From NCBI GenBank assembly GCA_963843525.1, contig CAWJKM010000004.1, positions 273,079 through 337,078 of the forward strand: a stretch of DNA of 64,000 nucleotides, given 5' to 3'. The notes under the pieces were generated by a model that searched no databases, was not told the DNA's origin, and saw only the letters and a program-made list of their open reading frames with translations. Below, in pieces: positions 28,283 through 39,530 of the stretch. Numbering within the stretch: position 1 is the first letter of the stretch; each line of letters starts with the position of its first letter. This stretch comes from Ignavibacteriota bacterium (lineage in GTDB: Bacteria; Bacteroidota; Ignavibacteria; UBA10030; UBA6906). Both the position numbers and the translations under genes were made by a program.

Positions 28283-29256
28283 GGCCGTTGAAGATACATC
28301 ACTTCGGTGATCACTGTCCCGACTGCCTCAAGGCTTTCGGCGCTGCAATGATCGGGAGTGTCTTTGAGGCTGTGCCAGTAGCGGTTGGTCGGGTCGGGAT
28401 AATTGAAATCGATGATATCAATGGTCTTAATCCCGGCTTCATTCAAAGGGAGATGGTCGTCGATGATCGCTTCACCGACCGCATCGACGAATTGTCGGAC
28501 ACCGAGGTTGTGAGCAGTGCTCCAAACGAGATCAACGATATCGGGGGCATACTGGACAGAATTTGCCTCCTTGGGAAGTTCAAGAAAGGTATCGCCAACC
28601 ATGTCGAGGAGGATGCCAAAACGGGGTGCGTAGGCAGGCGCCATGACTTTGGCAAAATACCGTGTCCCCAGGAGATACAGATCGTGGTCCCCTTCTTTTC
28701 CGTAGTCTTCACCATCAACGAGGAGAATATCGACCCCGATAGGCGGAGGGGTGTGTTTCAACAGTGAGGCAAGCTCAAGAAGCACAGCGACGCCGCTTGC
28801 CCCATCGTTTGCACCGAGAATGGGCTGGTTTCTCCGTGATTTGTCTTCGTCGTTCTCTGCACGCGGTCTGGTGTCCCAGTGCGCGAGGAACAGGATTCGC
28901 GTGGTGTCGTGGGGACGAAAACGCGCGAAAATGTTCGTTAACGAAAGGGTTTCATCATATCCCTGATGAGAGAACCTCTGCAACGAAACTGTGTCCGCAA
29001 GCTCCTGAAGAGTCCGATTCAGGTATGCGAGACATGCTTCATGTCCGGCGGAATTCGGATTCCGCGGGCCGTAGGAGGTCTGCTTGAGGAGATACGCGTA
29101 CGCCGCTTTTCCATCAAATCGCGGAATTGTCAAACCCACCGTTGCATTCGTCGGGGAAGTGGATGGAGGTGTGGAAATCGTCTGCGTTTTCTGCCGGTCT
29201 TGAGAACAACCGCTCACTGCGAGGAGAAGCAACCAGAAACCGATGAAATGCTTCAC
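28279..29256 (-). CDS. M28-family metallopeptidase (glutaminyl-cyclase-like) lipoprotein
   Basis: ORF 28279..29256 with a GTG start. The lipobox is LLLAVSGCS. Motifs are FLAHWDTRP, GANDGASGVAVLLELA and VDGEDYG. Confidence 0.85.
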   Translation of the reverse strand: MKHFIGFWLLLLAVSGCSQDRQKTQTISTPPSTSPTNATVGLTIPRFDGKAAYAYLLKQTSYGPRNPNSAGHEACLAYLNRTLQELADTVSLQRFSHQGYDETLSLTNIFARFRPHDTTRILFLAHWDTRPRAENDEDKSRRNQPILGANDGASGVAVLLELASLLKHTPPPIGVDILLVDGEDYGKEGDHDLYLLGTRYFAKVMAPAYAPRFGILLDMVGDTFLELPKEANSVQYAPDIVDLVWSTAHNLGVRQFVDAVGEAIIDDHLPLNEAGIKTIDIIDFNYPDPTNRYWHSLKDTPDHCSAESLEAVGTVITEVMYLQRP

Positions 29257-29380
29257 TGATCGTGCCAGGGGATGAGAATGGTTTTTCTCAATATAAGAGA
29301 AAGAAGGGTGTGAAATGCAACTTTCCCGGGGTGTGGATCGTCATACAAGATAGCGATCCCACACTGAAATCGGAGGTTCC

Positions 29381-30322
29381 ATGACAGCGACACGTAGCTT
29401 ATTCACGATTACAGTTGCACTTACTGCGGCTCTCACGTTCGCCTCCTGCGCGGAGCGACGGCTCAATTCTTCACCGATGGATTCACAACATTTTGACAAG
29501 AAATTCACCGTCAACGCCGGCGGGACCTTGAAGGTTGTCACCGACGTCGGAACCGTTCGTGTGCGGGGAGGGGCGGGGAATGAAGTATCCGTAGTCGCCG
29601 ACATGCACGGTCGCGAACGCGATCTTGAGAAATTCCACATCACGGCGGATCAGCAGGGAAACGACGTGGAAGTGCGGGGTGAATTTTCGGGAAGGGGCAG
29701 CTCCTGGTTCGGGGGGATCAACAATTTTGATGCGGATTTCGTTGTGACGGTGCCCAAAGAGTATAATGTCGACATTAAGACCTCCGGTGGGAATATCGAG
29801 ATCACTGCCATCAAAGGGACAGTGCGGGGAGGAACATCGGGGGGAGATGTGAACGTTCATGATGTTGAAGGACCGATTACGACGGAAACATCCGGCGGCA
29901 CGGTTGTCGCGGAGAAAGTTGCGGGAGACGTCAGGATGAGCACATCCGGCGGGGACGTGCACGCCAAAGCAATCACCGGGAACATCAATGTCAAGACATC
30001 AGGCGGGAATGTAGAGGTCGATGGGACAGACGGTGAGGTGGAAGCGAGGACATCCGGGGGAAATGTCTCCATCAGAGTAGCCGGAAAGAACAAGGGGATC
30101 TATGCTGAAACATCGGGCGGGAATGTGGATTTCTACGTTCCCAAGGATATCGGCGCGGAGGTTGATCTTTCCACCAGCGGTGGGGAGGTGACGTGTGACA
30201 TGCCGATCACGGTTTCCGGGAAAATCAGGAGCGATGAAATCCGAGGCACGCTCAACGGCGGTGGCGCACGGTTGTATGGCCATACGTCAGGCGGGAACGT
30301 CACCGTTCGTGAGAACAAATAA
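29381..30322 (+). CDS. DUF4097-family beta-strand repeat lipoprotein
   Basis: ORF 29381..30322 with a GGAGG RBS. The lipobox is LTFASC. It has at least 10 copies of the TSGG[ND][IV] repeat unit. Confidence 0.8.
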   Translation: MTATRSLFTITVALTAALTFASCAERRLNSSPMDSQHFDKKFTVNAGGTLKVVTDVGTVRVRGGAGNEVSVVADMHGRERDLEKFHITADQQGNDVEVRGEFSGRGSSWFGGINNFDADFVVTVPKEYNVDIKTSGGNIEITAIKGTVRGGTSGGDVNVHDVEGPITTETSGGTVVAEKVAGDVRMSTSGGDVHAKAITGNINVKTSGGNVEVDGTDGEVEARTSGGNVSIRVAGKNKGIYAETSGGNVDFYVPKDIGAEVDLSTSGGEVTCDMPITVSGKIRSDEIRGTLNGGGARLYGHTSGGNVTVRENK

Positions 30323-30385
30323 CTATTCTTCATATGCTGTGAAGAGCGCAGCCCCGGGAGAGTTCCGGGGCTGCGGTGTTTCTGA

Positions 30386-31900
30386 TCAGGGCATCGGGGC
30401 AAGCGGGGCATGATACGATACCAGAAATGAGGCTATGCTATCCTGCACCGCGCGGAAGGCTCTCGTTGGACCGGCGAAGTTTTCCATCATCATTGAAAAC
30501 CCCAGGAGCTGAGAATCTCGCGTTTCAACAAATCCACTCAGGGAAGACACCCCGGACATCGACCCCGTTTTTGCATGCACCCGGGATTCAGCGATTGTCC
30601 CCATCATACGGTCCTCCAGCGTCCCATCTTTGCCTGCGATGGGAAGAGAAGCGGCGAACACGGGCCACAGGGTCGGTTTCTCATGCATCGCATTCAGGAG
30701 ACGGAAGATGGCTCTCGAGGTGGTCAGGTTGTAGCGGGACAACCCCGACCCATCGGCGATAACGAGTCCTGCCGTATCGAGCTGGATTGACTGCAAAAAC
30801 ATCCGCACCGCGTGAGTCCCATCGTTCCATGTGCCCTGCGCACCCGATTCCGCCGCACCGAGCGTTTTGAGGATGCACTCTGCTGAAAGGTTGTCGCTGA
30901 CCTTATTCATGAACGTGATTACAGAATCCAGCCGATGCGACACGACCGCCGTTTCCTGCACATTGCGCGGAACCGTGTCGAGTGTGATTTCTGAAACATG
31001 AACTCCCATTTTTTGCAGTGCCCCGGCAAAAAGATTCGCCGCGTAGAAATCGGGCTCCCAAACGGCCACTGTCTCAGTTCTGTGTGCGCGCCGGGCAATC
31101 TCTCCTTGTACCGAAATCTGATTTGATGGGTGCTGGAGATGCCGCATCACCTCCAGGGGATGAACGACTGAATCGACGACAGTTGCACGGTTGAGAATCC
31201 TGACGAAATCCGTCGTGGGGACCGTAAAGACCCTCGGGGCGGCTCCAACAGAGTCGCCGGCCTCAATGTGGAGATCGATGGTATTGGAATTGACCGTCAG
31301 GGCCGACACGCCCATTCCCGATGGATCCGAAGCGTCATCCCACATCCAGCCTCTTCCCCAATACACACTGTCGAACCGGGATGGATCTCCGACCACCTTC
31401 CAATTTTCCCGGAAGGGGAGATGGAGCACAACCGTGGTGGCAAGATCTTCCAGGTCCGATGTAGTGAGAATTGGATCTCCGCCGCCTTCGAGATAAATCG
31501 TCTGCTTGAGAGAATCCACCGCGACACGCGTTTCCAGACGGGAGAGCGGCCCCAGGATAGTCAGTGCGGCGGCAGAGGTAAACAACTTCTGGTTTGATGC
31601 AGGAGTGAAGAGCATGTCGGCATTTCGCTCGTAAATGACCTGCCCATCCCTGAGTGAGCCGATGACAAGAGCAATGTTCGATGGTGGGAAAAGGGTATCC
31701 GGGAGGAGTTCATCAATTTTCCGGGCGAGCTCGGCGTCGCGGGTAAAAATCCCCGACCCCTTTTCGGATGCGTAGTGGGAGAGTTGATGGGAACCGGAGC
31801 AGGCCTGGAGCGCAAAGGCCAGGAGAATGAGCCATTGCACCCTCGGGGTCCGGGGAAAACTTGTGGGGACGGCCGACGCGGGAGAGGGTTTTACTACCAT
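30386..31900 (-). CDS. dacB: D-alanyl-D-alanine carboxypeptidase/endopeptidase (PBP4, peptidase S13)
   Basis: ORF 30386..31972 trimmed to Met25. Motifs are SxxK (PASNQKL), DGSGLSRYN and KTG (HAKTGSMSGV). Confidence 0.85.
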   Translation of the reverse strand: MVVKPSPASAVPTSFPRTPRVQWLILLAFALQACSGSHQLSHYASEKGSGIFTRDAELARKIDELLPDTLFPPSNIALVIGSLRDGQVIYERNADMLFTPASNQKLFTSAAALTILGPLSRLETRVAVDSLKQTIYLEGGGDPILTTSDLEDLATTVVLHLPFRENWKVVGDPSRFDSVYWGRGWMWDDASDPSGMGVSALTVNSNTIDLHIEAGDSVGAAPRVFTVPTTDFVRILNRATVVDSVVHPLEVMRHLQHPSNQISVQGEIARRAHRTETVAVWEPDFYAANLFAGALQKMGVHVSEITLDTVPRNVQETAVVSHRLDSVITFMNKVSDNLSAECILKTLGAAESGAQGTWNDGTHAVRMFLQSIQLDTAGLVIADGSGLSRYNLTTSRAIFRLLNAMHEKPTLWPVFAASLPIAGKDGTLEDRMMGTIAESRVHAKTGSMSGVSSLSGFVETRDSQLLGFSMMMENFAGPTRAFRAVQDSIASFLVSYHAPLAPMP

Positions 31901-31990
31901 ATTGTCTGTGTTCCGGGAATGTTCGTTATTGTTTCCATTCGCGAATCTCCCTATATTTACTCTAATAATCAACGTTCAGGCGGGTACGGA

Positions 31991-34900
31991 ATGCTACAGA
32001 TTTTGAAAAAAGTGTTCGGGAGCAAACACGAAAAGGACGTTCGTGCGCTGCTCCCGCTGGTCGACGAAATCAACGCTCACGTGGAGGAGTATCAGGGCCT
32101 TACCGATGACGAGTTGAAGGCGAAAACGGACGAATTTCGCGGCCGGATCCGGGAGTCCATCAAGGATCACGAGGCGCACCTTCAGGAGTTGCGTGAACAA
32201 TTGAAGGAGGACGTTGACCAGCCAACCAGGGAGTCCTTGCTTGAGCAGATCGATGAGACCGAGGACGCGAAAGACGAAACCACCGCCGAGGCCCTTGACG
32301 CCGTACTCCCCGAGGCGTTCGCAGTGGTGAAGGAGGCCTGCCGGAGGCTCACGGAACGCAAGCATCGGTTCGATCTGCTCGGAAATCCGAGCATCTGGGA
32401 GATGGTCCCGTTCGACGTTCAATTGATTGGCGGGATCGTGCTCCATCAGGGGAAAATTGCCGAAATGGCCACGGGGGAAGGCAAGACCCTCGTAGCGACC
32501 ATGCCGATGTACCTCAATGCTCTTCCCGGTCGCGGGGTGCATCTCGTGACGGTGAACGACTATCTTGCAAAACGAGACAGCATTTGGATGGGGCAGGTCT
32601 TTGAATTCCTGGGTCTGAGTGTCGGTTGCATCCAGACTTCACTCGATCCCCATCAGAGGCGGAGAGAGTACGCGTGCGATATCACCTACGGGACCAACAA
32701 TGAATTTGGATTCGATTACCTTCGCGACAACATGGTGATCGACAAAGAAGATCTGGTTCAACGGGAATACTATTATACCATCGTCGACGAAGTGGACTCC
32801 GTCCTCATTGACGAAGCAAGGACCCCGCTCATTATCAGCGGCCCGGTAAAAAGCGAGGACCACAAGTTCGATGAGATGAAGCCGTTTGTCGAGCGCATCG
32901 TCAATCAGCAACGGAACTTTGTCTCAAAAATCGTCGCAGATGCCGAGAAGTTGATTACAGAATCGAAGGAAAAGGAGGCGGGGGTTCTCCTGCTGCGGGC
33001 CTTCCGTGGTCTGCCGAAACACCCGCGGGTGATGAAAGTGCTCACTGAGCCGGCGCACAAGAAACTGGTCCAGGAAACGGAATCCGATTATATGCGGGAC
33101 CAGTCGAGCCGGATGCATGAAATCGATGATGAACTGTACTACGCGATTGATGAAAAAAACCACCAGATCAATTTGACGGAGAAGGGACGGGAATATCTCG
33201 CCCCGCTCGTCGGCGACAAGGACTTCTTCGTGCTTCCCGACCTGGGAACGGAGATCAGCGTGCTGGAGGCTGATACTTCGATGGATGCGGCGAAGAAGCA
33301 GGAGCGGAAGGATGAACTGAACCTGCTGTATGCAGAGCGCAGCGAGAGGATCCATACTGTCACTCAGCTCCTCAGGGCGTATTCGCTCTATGTCAAGGAT
33401 GATGAATATGTCGTATCGGACGACGGGAAGGTGATGATTGTCGACGAGTTCACCGGTCGCCTTCTCCCCGGTCGGCGGTATTCCGACGGTCTTCATCAGG
33501 CGATCGAGGCGAAGGAGGGGGTGAAGGTTGAGCGCGACATGCAGACTCTCGCAACGATCACCCTGCAGAATTACTTCCGTCTCTACAATAAGCTGGCAGG
33601 GATGACAGGGACGGCGGAAACAGAGGCGGCGGAGTTTTTCGACATTTACAAGCTGGACGTGGTCGTTATTCCCACCAACAAGCCATTGATTCGTTCAGAC
33701 GTCCACGACGTCGTGTACAAGACCAAGCGTGAAAAGTATAACGCGGTCGTTGAGGCGATAGAAAAGAAGCGCGAAGAAGGACGCCCGGTGCTCGTCGGGA
33801 CCACCAGCGTCGAAGTATCGGAGACATTGAGCCGGATGCTGAAGAGAAAGAACGTTCCGCACAACGTTCTGAACGCGAAACATCACCAGCGGGAGGCGGA
33901 AATTGTCTCGCTCGCAGGACTCTCCGGTCAGATTACCATCGCGACGAACATGGCGGGCCGCGGAACCGACATCAAGCTCGGACCCGGTGTTCGCGAGGCC
34001 GGCGGATTGCATATTGTGGGCACGGAGCGTCACGAAGCGCGGCGGATTGACCGGCAGTTGCGCGGACGGGCGGGCCGGCAGGGGGATCCCGGTTCCTCGC
34101 TCTTCTTCCTTTCCCTCGAAGATGATCTCATGCGGCTCTTCGGCAGCGATCGCATCGCCGGCATCATGGGGCGGCTGGGGCTGCAGGAAGGTGAGGTGAT
34201 CCAGCATCCGCTCATCACCCGTTCTGTTGAGCGCGCGCAGCGGAAGGTGGAAGAAAATAACTTCGGCATCAGGAAACGTCTGTTGGAATATGACAATGTC
34301 ATGAACCAACAGCGCGAGGTGATCTACACCCGGCGCCGGCGTGCGCTGGTGAGCGATCGCATTAAAGACGACATGATCGATCTTGTCGAGGAGTTCGCAC
34401 AAAAACTCGTCGATAAGTACTACAATGATGGCGAAATTGAACCGCTTCGGAACGACTTGCGGGCGCAGCTTCTCGTGGACCTCACCCTCTCGCCGAAGGA
34501 ATGGCAGCAATCCGGCCCCGAAGGTGTAAAAGAGATCATCGTCAAAGCTGCGAAGGAGTTTTACCGGCGTAAAGAGGAGCGGCTCGGCAACGAAATCATG
34601 GGGATCATCGAGAAGCGGGTGATGTTGCAGGTGATCGACGACAAGTGGAAGGATCATCTCCGCGAGATGGATGACCTGAAAGAGGGTATTCACCTGCGTG
34701 CCTACGGACAGAAGGATCCGTTGGTGGAGTACAAGACGGAGGCCTTCCGGATGTTCATGGAGTTGCTGGACCTGGTGAATACGGAAGTTGTGACGTCGGT
34801 CTTCAGACTCTATCCCGCGCAGGCGCAGGATCTGGCGCCATTGGCGTCGGCCCGGAGACCCCAGCAAATGCACCTGATGCACGATTCAGCGGCCGGGATG

Positions 34901-35062
34901 GGATTCCAGGGAAATCGCGAGGCCGTGCCCGGCGCTCCGGAGCAGAACCCCGCCGCACGGGCGGGAAAAGTCCAGCCCATTCATGTCGGCGAAAAGGTCG
35001 GCCGCAACGATCCCTGCCCTTGCGGCAGTGGAAAAAAGTATAAACAGTGCCATGGCAAATAA
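31991..35062 (+). CDS. secA: Preprotein translocase ATPase SecA
   Basis: ORF 31775..35062 trimmed to MLQILKKVFGS. It has Walker A MATGEGKTL, DEVDSVLIDEARTPLIISG, TNMAGRGTDI and the C-terminal Zn motif CPCGSGKKYKQCHG. Confidence 0.95.
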   Translation: MLQILKKVFGSKHEKDVRALLPLVDEINAHVEEYQGLTDDELKAKTDEFRGRIRESIKDHEAHLQELREQLKEDVDQPTRESLLEQIDETEDAKDETTAEALDAVLPEAFAVVKEACRRLTERKHRFDLLGNPSIWEMVPFDVQLIGGIVLHQGKIAEMATGEGKTLVATMPMYLNALPGRGVHLVTVNDYLAKRDSIWMGQVFEFLGLSVGCIQTSLDPHQRRREYACDITYGTNNEFGFDYLRDNMVIDKEDLVQREYYYTIVDEVDSVLIDEARTPLIISGPVKSEDHKFDEMKPFVERIVNQQRNFVSKIVADAEKLITESKEKEAGVLLLRAFRGLPKHPRVMKVLTEPAHKKLVQETESDYMRDQSSRMHEIDDELYYAIDEKNHQINLTEKGREYLAPLVGDKDFFVLPDLGTEISVLEADTSMDAAKKQERKDELNLLYAERSERIHTVTQLLRAYSLYVKDDEYVVSDDGKVMIVDEFTGRLLPGRRYSDGLHQAIEAKEGVKVERDMQTLATITLQNYFRLYNKLAGMTGTAETEAAEFFDIYKLDVVVIPTNKPLIRSDVHDVVYKTKREKYNAVVEAIEKKREEGRPVLVGTTSVEVSETLSRMLKRKNVPHNVLNAKHHQREAEIVSLAGLSGQITIATNMAGRGTDIKLGPGVREAGGLHIVGTERHEARRIDRQLRGRAGRQGDPGSSLFFLSLEDDLMRLFGSDRIAGIMGRLGLQEGEVIQHPLITRSVERAQRKVEENNFGIRKRLLEYDNVMNQQREVIYTRRRRALVSDRIKDDMIDLVEEFAQKLVDKYYNDGEIEPLRNDLRAQLLVDLTLSPKEWQQSGPEGVKEIIVKAAKEFYRRKEERLGNEIMGIIEKRVMLQVIDDKWKDHLREMDDLKEGIHLRAYGQKDPLVEYKTEAFRMFMELLDLVNTEVVTSVFRLYPAQAQDLAPLASARRPQQMHLMHDSAAGMGFQGNREAVPGAPEQNPAARAGKVQPIHVGEKVGRNDPCPCGSGKKYKQCHGK

Positions 35063-35413
<351 letters not shown>

Positions 35414-35553
35414 GTCCGGTTCTGCACGCTCCTCAGGGGTACGCTTCTGTCCTGTGTCCGGGGGTTTGACTCGCCATGGTTCCCGGTGGGGAACCTGCGA
35501 AAGCCCACCTCCACCCTCCACCGCTGCTCCGCTCATATCTGGAATACCATGCA

Positions 35554-36468
35554 ATGGATGAACTGACGGCGGGCGCAGAAGGCTTTCGGGCGGGATATGT
35601 TGCACTCGTCGGAGCACCGAATGTCGGGAAGTCCACTCTCCTCAACTTCATTCTGGGTCAGAAACTCTCGATTGTCTCTCCCAAGCCACAGACAACCCGG
35701 CATAAGATCCTGGGCATCCTCTCGACTGAGCAGATGCAGGTCATTTTTCTCGACACCCCCGGCATCATCGATCCCCGATATGCCCTGCACAGAGCCATGA
35801 TGGATCAATCAGCCTCGGCACTGTCGGACGCCGACATCGTTCTTTTCATGGCAGATCTGTCCGAGCCGAAATTCAACATCCACCGGAATGCCTTCGACAA
35901 GGTGCGGACCCTGAGAAAGCCCGTTTACCTCGTCCTCAACAAATGCGATTGCGTTCAGAATGCGGTGATTGAGGAGCGACGCACCGCCTATATGCAGTCC
36001 GGCTCCTTCAAGCGCACGTTTGCGATATCCGCCCTGAAAGGATCCGGAGTCCCCGACCTTGTGACGGCGCTGGCAGGGGATCTTCCCCGGCATCCACCAT
36101 ATTATCCCATGGATGTGGTCAGCGATCGTCAACAACGGTTCTTTGTCGCGGAGATCATCCGCGAGAAGATCTTTATGCTCACACGGGATGAAATTCCCTA
36201 CTCCACTTCGGTCGACGTCGTTGAATTCAAAGAGCGGGAGGCAGGGAAGTGGTTCGTGAGCGCGGACATCATCGTGGAACGGGCCTCACAGAAGGGCATC
36301 GTGATCGGGAAGGGCGGGGCTCTGCTCAAGGAGATCGGCCAACAGGCCAGGAGCGATATCGAAAAGTTCCTTGAATACCCGATCTATCTTGATTTGCACG
36401 TCAAGGTACGGGAAAAGTGGCGTGAGAAAGAGGAGTGGGTCCGGAGATTCGGATACCATAAGGATTGA
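35554..36468 (+). CDS. era: GTPase Era
   Basis: ORF 35476..36468 trimmed to ATG 35554. It has G1 GAPNVGKST, DTPG, NKCD and a C-terminal KH domain (GKGGALLKEIG). Confidence 0.92.
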   Translation: MDELTAGAEGFRAGYVALVGAPNVGKSTLLNFILGQKLSIVSPKPQTTRHKILGILSTEQMQVIFLDTPGIIDPRYALHRAMMDQSASALSDADIVLFMADLSEPKFNIHRNAFDKVRTLRKPVYLVLNKCDCVQNAVIEERRTAYMQSGSFKRTFAISALKGSGVPDLVTALAGDLPRHPPYYPMDVVSDRQQRFFVAEIIREKIFMLTRDEIPYSTSVDVVEFKEREAGKWFVSADIIVERASQKGIVIGKGGALLKEIGQQARSDIEKFLEYPIYLDLHVKVREKWREKEEWVRRFGYHKD

Positions 36469-36505
36469 ACGTCATGCCCTGTCCGGGCAGCCAAAGAGTC
36501 AAGTC

Positions 36506-37414
36506 ATGCCTGCACCGAAAAATCTCCGCCTGCTCGTCCTGATAGGGTTCGTCGTTGTGAGCACGGTCTGGGGATCGACCTGGCTTGCGATTAAAATGGG
36601 ACTGGAATACCTGCCCCCGTTTCTTTCCGCCGGGGCGAGATTTGTGGTGGCTTCTCTCCTTCTGTTTGTGATCATCCGGATCCGCGGACTCCGCATCACC
36701 TTTACTCCCGAAGCATTGAAGACATACTTCGCCATCGGGGTCCTTTCGTTTTCCCTCCCCTTCGCCCTTGTGTACTGGGGGGAACAGTTCATCCCCAGTT
36801 CGCTTGGGAGCATTCTCTTCGGAGCGTTCCCTTTCACTGTTGCCCTCTGTTCGCATTTCTTCTCCGATGATGAGAAGCTTGATAAATTCAAAATGACCGG
36901 GACAATCATCGGATTCGTCGGCATTGTCGTCATTTTTGCGCCCGGTCTGAGCTGGACCGGAAACGAGGGCATGATGGGAATGGCGGCAGTGCTTGTTTCG
37001 ATGGTGCTCCAGGCCTACGCCCTTGTCCCCATTAAAAAGCATGGGAAGAATATCAGTCCTTTCGTCATGAATTTCGTCGGCATGACGATGAGTGCGCTGT
37101 TCTTGTTGTTCCTGGCAGCGGTATTCGAGCGCGAACAACGCATCGTATGGAACACAGTCTCCATCAGTGCCGTGCTGTATCTCGCTGTCGTCGGTTCCGT
37201 CATTGCGTTCGTCACGTATTACTGGTTGCTCAAGCACCTTGAGGCCGTCTACCTCTCCCTTTCAAGCTTCATCAATCCAATTATTGCGGTCATCCTCGGA
37301 TCTATGGTCCTCGACGAAAAACTCGATACTTCTGTGGCCGTGGGAGCCGGCTTCGTCCTCGTCGGTATTCTTGCCACAAACGGGAGAGCGATTCTCGTGA
37401 AGTTTCACCTGTAA
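36506..37414 (+). CDS. EamA/DMT-family transporter
   Basis: ORF 36371..37414 trimmed to ATG 36506. It has ten hydrophobic segments and a duplicated EamA pattern (STVWGSTWLAIK...). Confidence 0.85.
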   Translation: MPAPKNLRLLVLIGFVVVSTVWGSTWLAIKMGLEYLPPFLSAGARFVVASLLLFVIIRIRGLRITFTPEALKTYFAIGVLSFSLPFALVYWGEQFIPSSLGSILFGAFPFTVALCSHFFSDDEKLDKFKMTGTIIGFVGIVVIFAPGLSWTGNEGMMGMAAVLVSMVLQAYALVPIKKHGKNISPFVMNFVGMTMSALFLLFLAAVFEREQRIVWNTVSISAVLYLAVVGSVIAFVTYYWLLKHLEAVYLSLSSFINPIIAVILGSMVLDEKLDTSVAVGAGFVLVGILATNGRAILVKFHL

Positions 37415-37429
37415 ACGAAGGAAAGATCG

Positions 37430-39520
37430 ATGACTCTCACACGGGCGACCCGTTGGCGCGCACCGGTTCTTCTTATTCCACTTCTGCTCTTGACTTCAGC
37501 GCACGTGTCTGCTCAGGCGGAAGGATGGGAAAAACAGGGGAAAGGCACATTGGCAATACCGTCAAACACCGGCACAGCTGAAAGAGAAAGCTATGTCGGT
37601 CCGCAGCCATTTGATGTCGTCCACTACGACCTAGACCTTCGGTTTGCAATGGAGACGCCGGATATGGGCGGAACTGTGACAATGACGCTGGTCCCTGCGC
37701 AAACGATTACGGCCCTGACGCTCAACGCCGCCGACCTGCAGATCGATAGCATTCGGGTGAACGGGATTGCTGCGGCTTCTCCCGGGTTGGTGACCGGAGA
37801 ACAGTTCACCCTCGTGCTCCCGGAAGCGGCAGCTGCCGGCGACACACTGAGAGTGGCGATCAGCTATCAAAGACCGCCGGCTGTCAACAGGTCCACGAGC
37901 CGTCAAGGGTACTTCTACTTTGTCCCCGACTCAGCGGGTCTCCTGACGTTGCCCGATACCATTGGCTACACGATGTCCGAGCCGTTGGACGCCCGTTTTT
38001 GGCTACCCTGTTACGATGAGCCATGGGACAAGGCGACGGCGGAGATCAGGGCGACGATTCCCAGAGGCTTCATTGCGGCTTCCAATGGCATTCTCCTTGA
38101 CACGATTGCGAACAGCGACGGCACAGTGACATGGCACTGGCGCGAGGATCACCAGATTGCCACATACCTCCTGGCCGTGACGATTTCCCGGTGGACCGTA
38201 TCGACGCAACTTCTCACCCTCGGAACGGGAAAGGTGATCCCTGTGCAATACTATGTTTGGAAGGAGGATTCTGCAGCATGTGCGGCGTACCTGCCCACCG
38301 TGGCGCAAATGATCACCACCCTCGGTGCGTTGTTTGGTCCATATCCCTTTGACAAGTATGGAATGACCGGCGTAGCGCCTTTTTTGTACGGAGGAATGGA
38401 GCATCAGACGATCACCACTCTCGCAAAAAGTCTGGTGACTGACGAGGCGGTGGTCGTTCATGAACTCGGACATCAATGGTGGGGGGACAATGTCACCTGC
38501 GCAACGTGGCCGGATATCTGGCTCAACGAGAGCTTTGCCAGCTACGTCGAGGCGCTGTGGCGGGAAAGCCTGGGAGGGCACGCCGAGCTCGTTCGCTACA
38601 TGAAAGACGCACATGAACACTTCAACCTTTCCTCCTGGTCGGGCGCAGTCTATGATCCCCAGGGACAGGGGTTCGATCTGTTTGCCAATAGCGTCTATTC
38701 GAAAGGCGCCTGGGTGCTTCATACGCTGCGGGGTGTTCTGGGAGATACCTTGTTTTTCAGCACATTACGGGCGTACCGGACGAAATACCAGGGAAGCCAG
38801 GCGACGACCGATGAATTCCGCGCCGTCGCAGACTCCATCTCCCATCAGGATATGCGGTGGTTTTTTGATGAATGGATATATGGGAAAGGCTTCCCTCAGT
38901 ACGCAGTTCAGTCTCACTACGGTAACGGCACTCTCTCTCTCACCGTATATCAGCAACAGGACGCCTCCTGGCCGACATTCCGAATGCCGGTTCAGGTCAA
39001 GGCTGTAAGTGGGGTGAAGGATACCACGTTCACGATTCTGGATTCTGCCCGGGTTCAGAATTTCACCGAGGCGTTGACCTTCTCACCGGATACGGTGATT
39101 TTTGATCCTGACAGCTGGATACTCAAACAGATGGTCGTTGCACCTGCGACATCGGCACCTCCTCCGGCGACAGCGCCCCTGGAACTGGATCTTGAGCAAA
39201 ATTTTCCGAACCCGTTCAATCCGAAAACAGTGATCAGGTGTTCCGTCCCGCCTTCCGCCATACAGATGGCGGACAAGTCGGCGGGACGAGATCTCGTCTC
39301 GAACGGCGTTCGAGACGGACAGTGGACAGGGGACAGTAAGGTACGGCTTGTGGTGTATGATCTGCTCGGGCGGCAGGTGGCGGTGCTGGCAAATGGCCGG
39401 TACCCGGCGGGCAGATACTCGTTCACGTTCGATGGGACCGGATTCGCAAGCGGTGTGTATTTGTACCGGCTGATTGCTGAGAACTTCGTGGCGACACGAG
39501 CGATGTTGTTGCTGAAATAA
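37430..39520 (+). CDS. M1-family zinc aminopeptidase with a T9SS C-terminal sorting domain
   Basis: ORF 37430..39520 with a signal peptide. It has GGMEHQ, HELGHQWWGDNV and WLNESFASY. The C-terminal CTD is NFPNPFNPKT...ASGVYLYRLIAENF. Confidence 0.88.
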   Translation: MTLTRATRWRAPVLLIPLLLLTSAHVSAQAEGWEKQGKGTLAIPSNTGTAERESYVGPQPFDVVHYDLDLRFAMETPDMGGTVTMTLVPAQTITALTLNAADLQIDSIRVNGIAAASPGLVTGEQFTLVLPEAAAAGDTLRVAISYQRPPAVNRSTSRQGYFYFVPDSAGLLTLPDTIGYTMSEPLDARFWLPCYDEPWDKATAEIRATIPRGFIAASNGILLDTIANSDGTVTWHWREDHQIATYLLAVTISRWTVSTQLLTLGTGKVIPVQYYVWKEDSAACAAYLPTVAQMITTLGALFGPYPFDKYGMTGVAPFLYGGMEHQTITTLAKSLVTDEAVVVHELGHQWWGDNVTCATWPDIWLNESFASYVEALWRESLGGHAELVRYMKDAHEHFNLSSWSGAVYDPQGQGFDLFANSVYSKGAWVLHTLRGVLGDTLFFSTLRAYRTKYQGSQATTDEFRAVADSISHQDMRWFFDEWIYGKGFPQYAVQSHYGNGTLSLTVYQQQDASWPTFRMPVQVKAVSGVKDTTFTILDSARVQNFTEALTFSPDTVIFDPDSWILKQMVVAPATSAPPPATAPLELDLEQNFPNPFNPKTVIRCSVPPSAIQMADKSAGRDLVSNGVRDGQWTGDSKVRLVVYDLLGRQVAVLANGRYPAGRYSFTFDGTGFASGVYLYRLIAENFVATRAMLLLK

Positions 39521-39530
39521 GAAAAGGCAG

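Noticed and set aside
31775-31990. N-terminal extensions given by the ORF track for secA (31775), era (35476), hisS (5804), EamA (36371), cysteine desulfurase (25165), kdpE (42377) and others.
   Set aside because: The extensions are Arg/Pro/Gly-rich, overlap neighbouring genes or intergenic DNA, and precede the conserved family N-termini. Internal starts were chosen instead.
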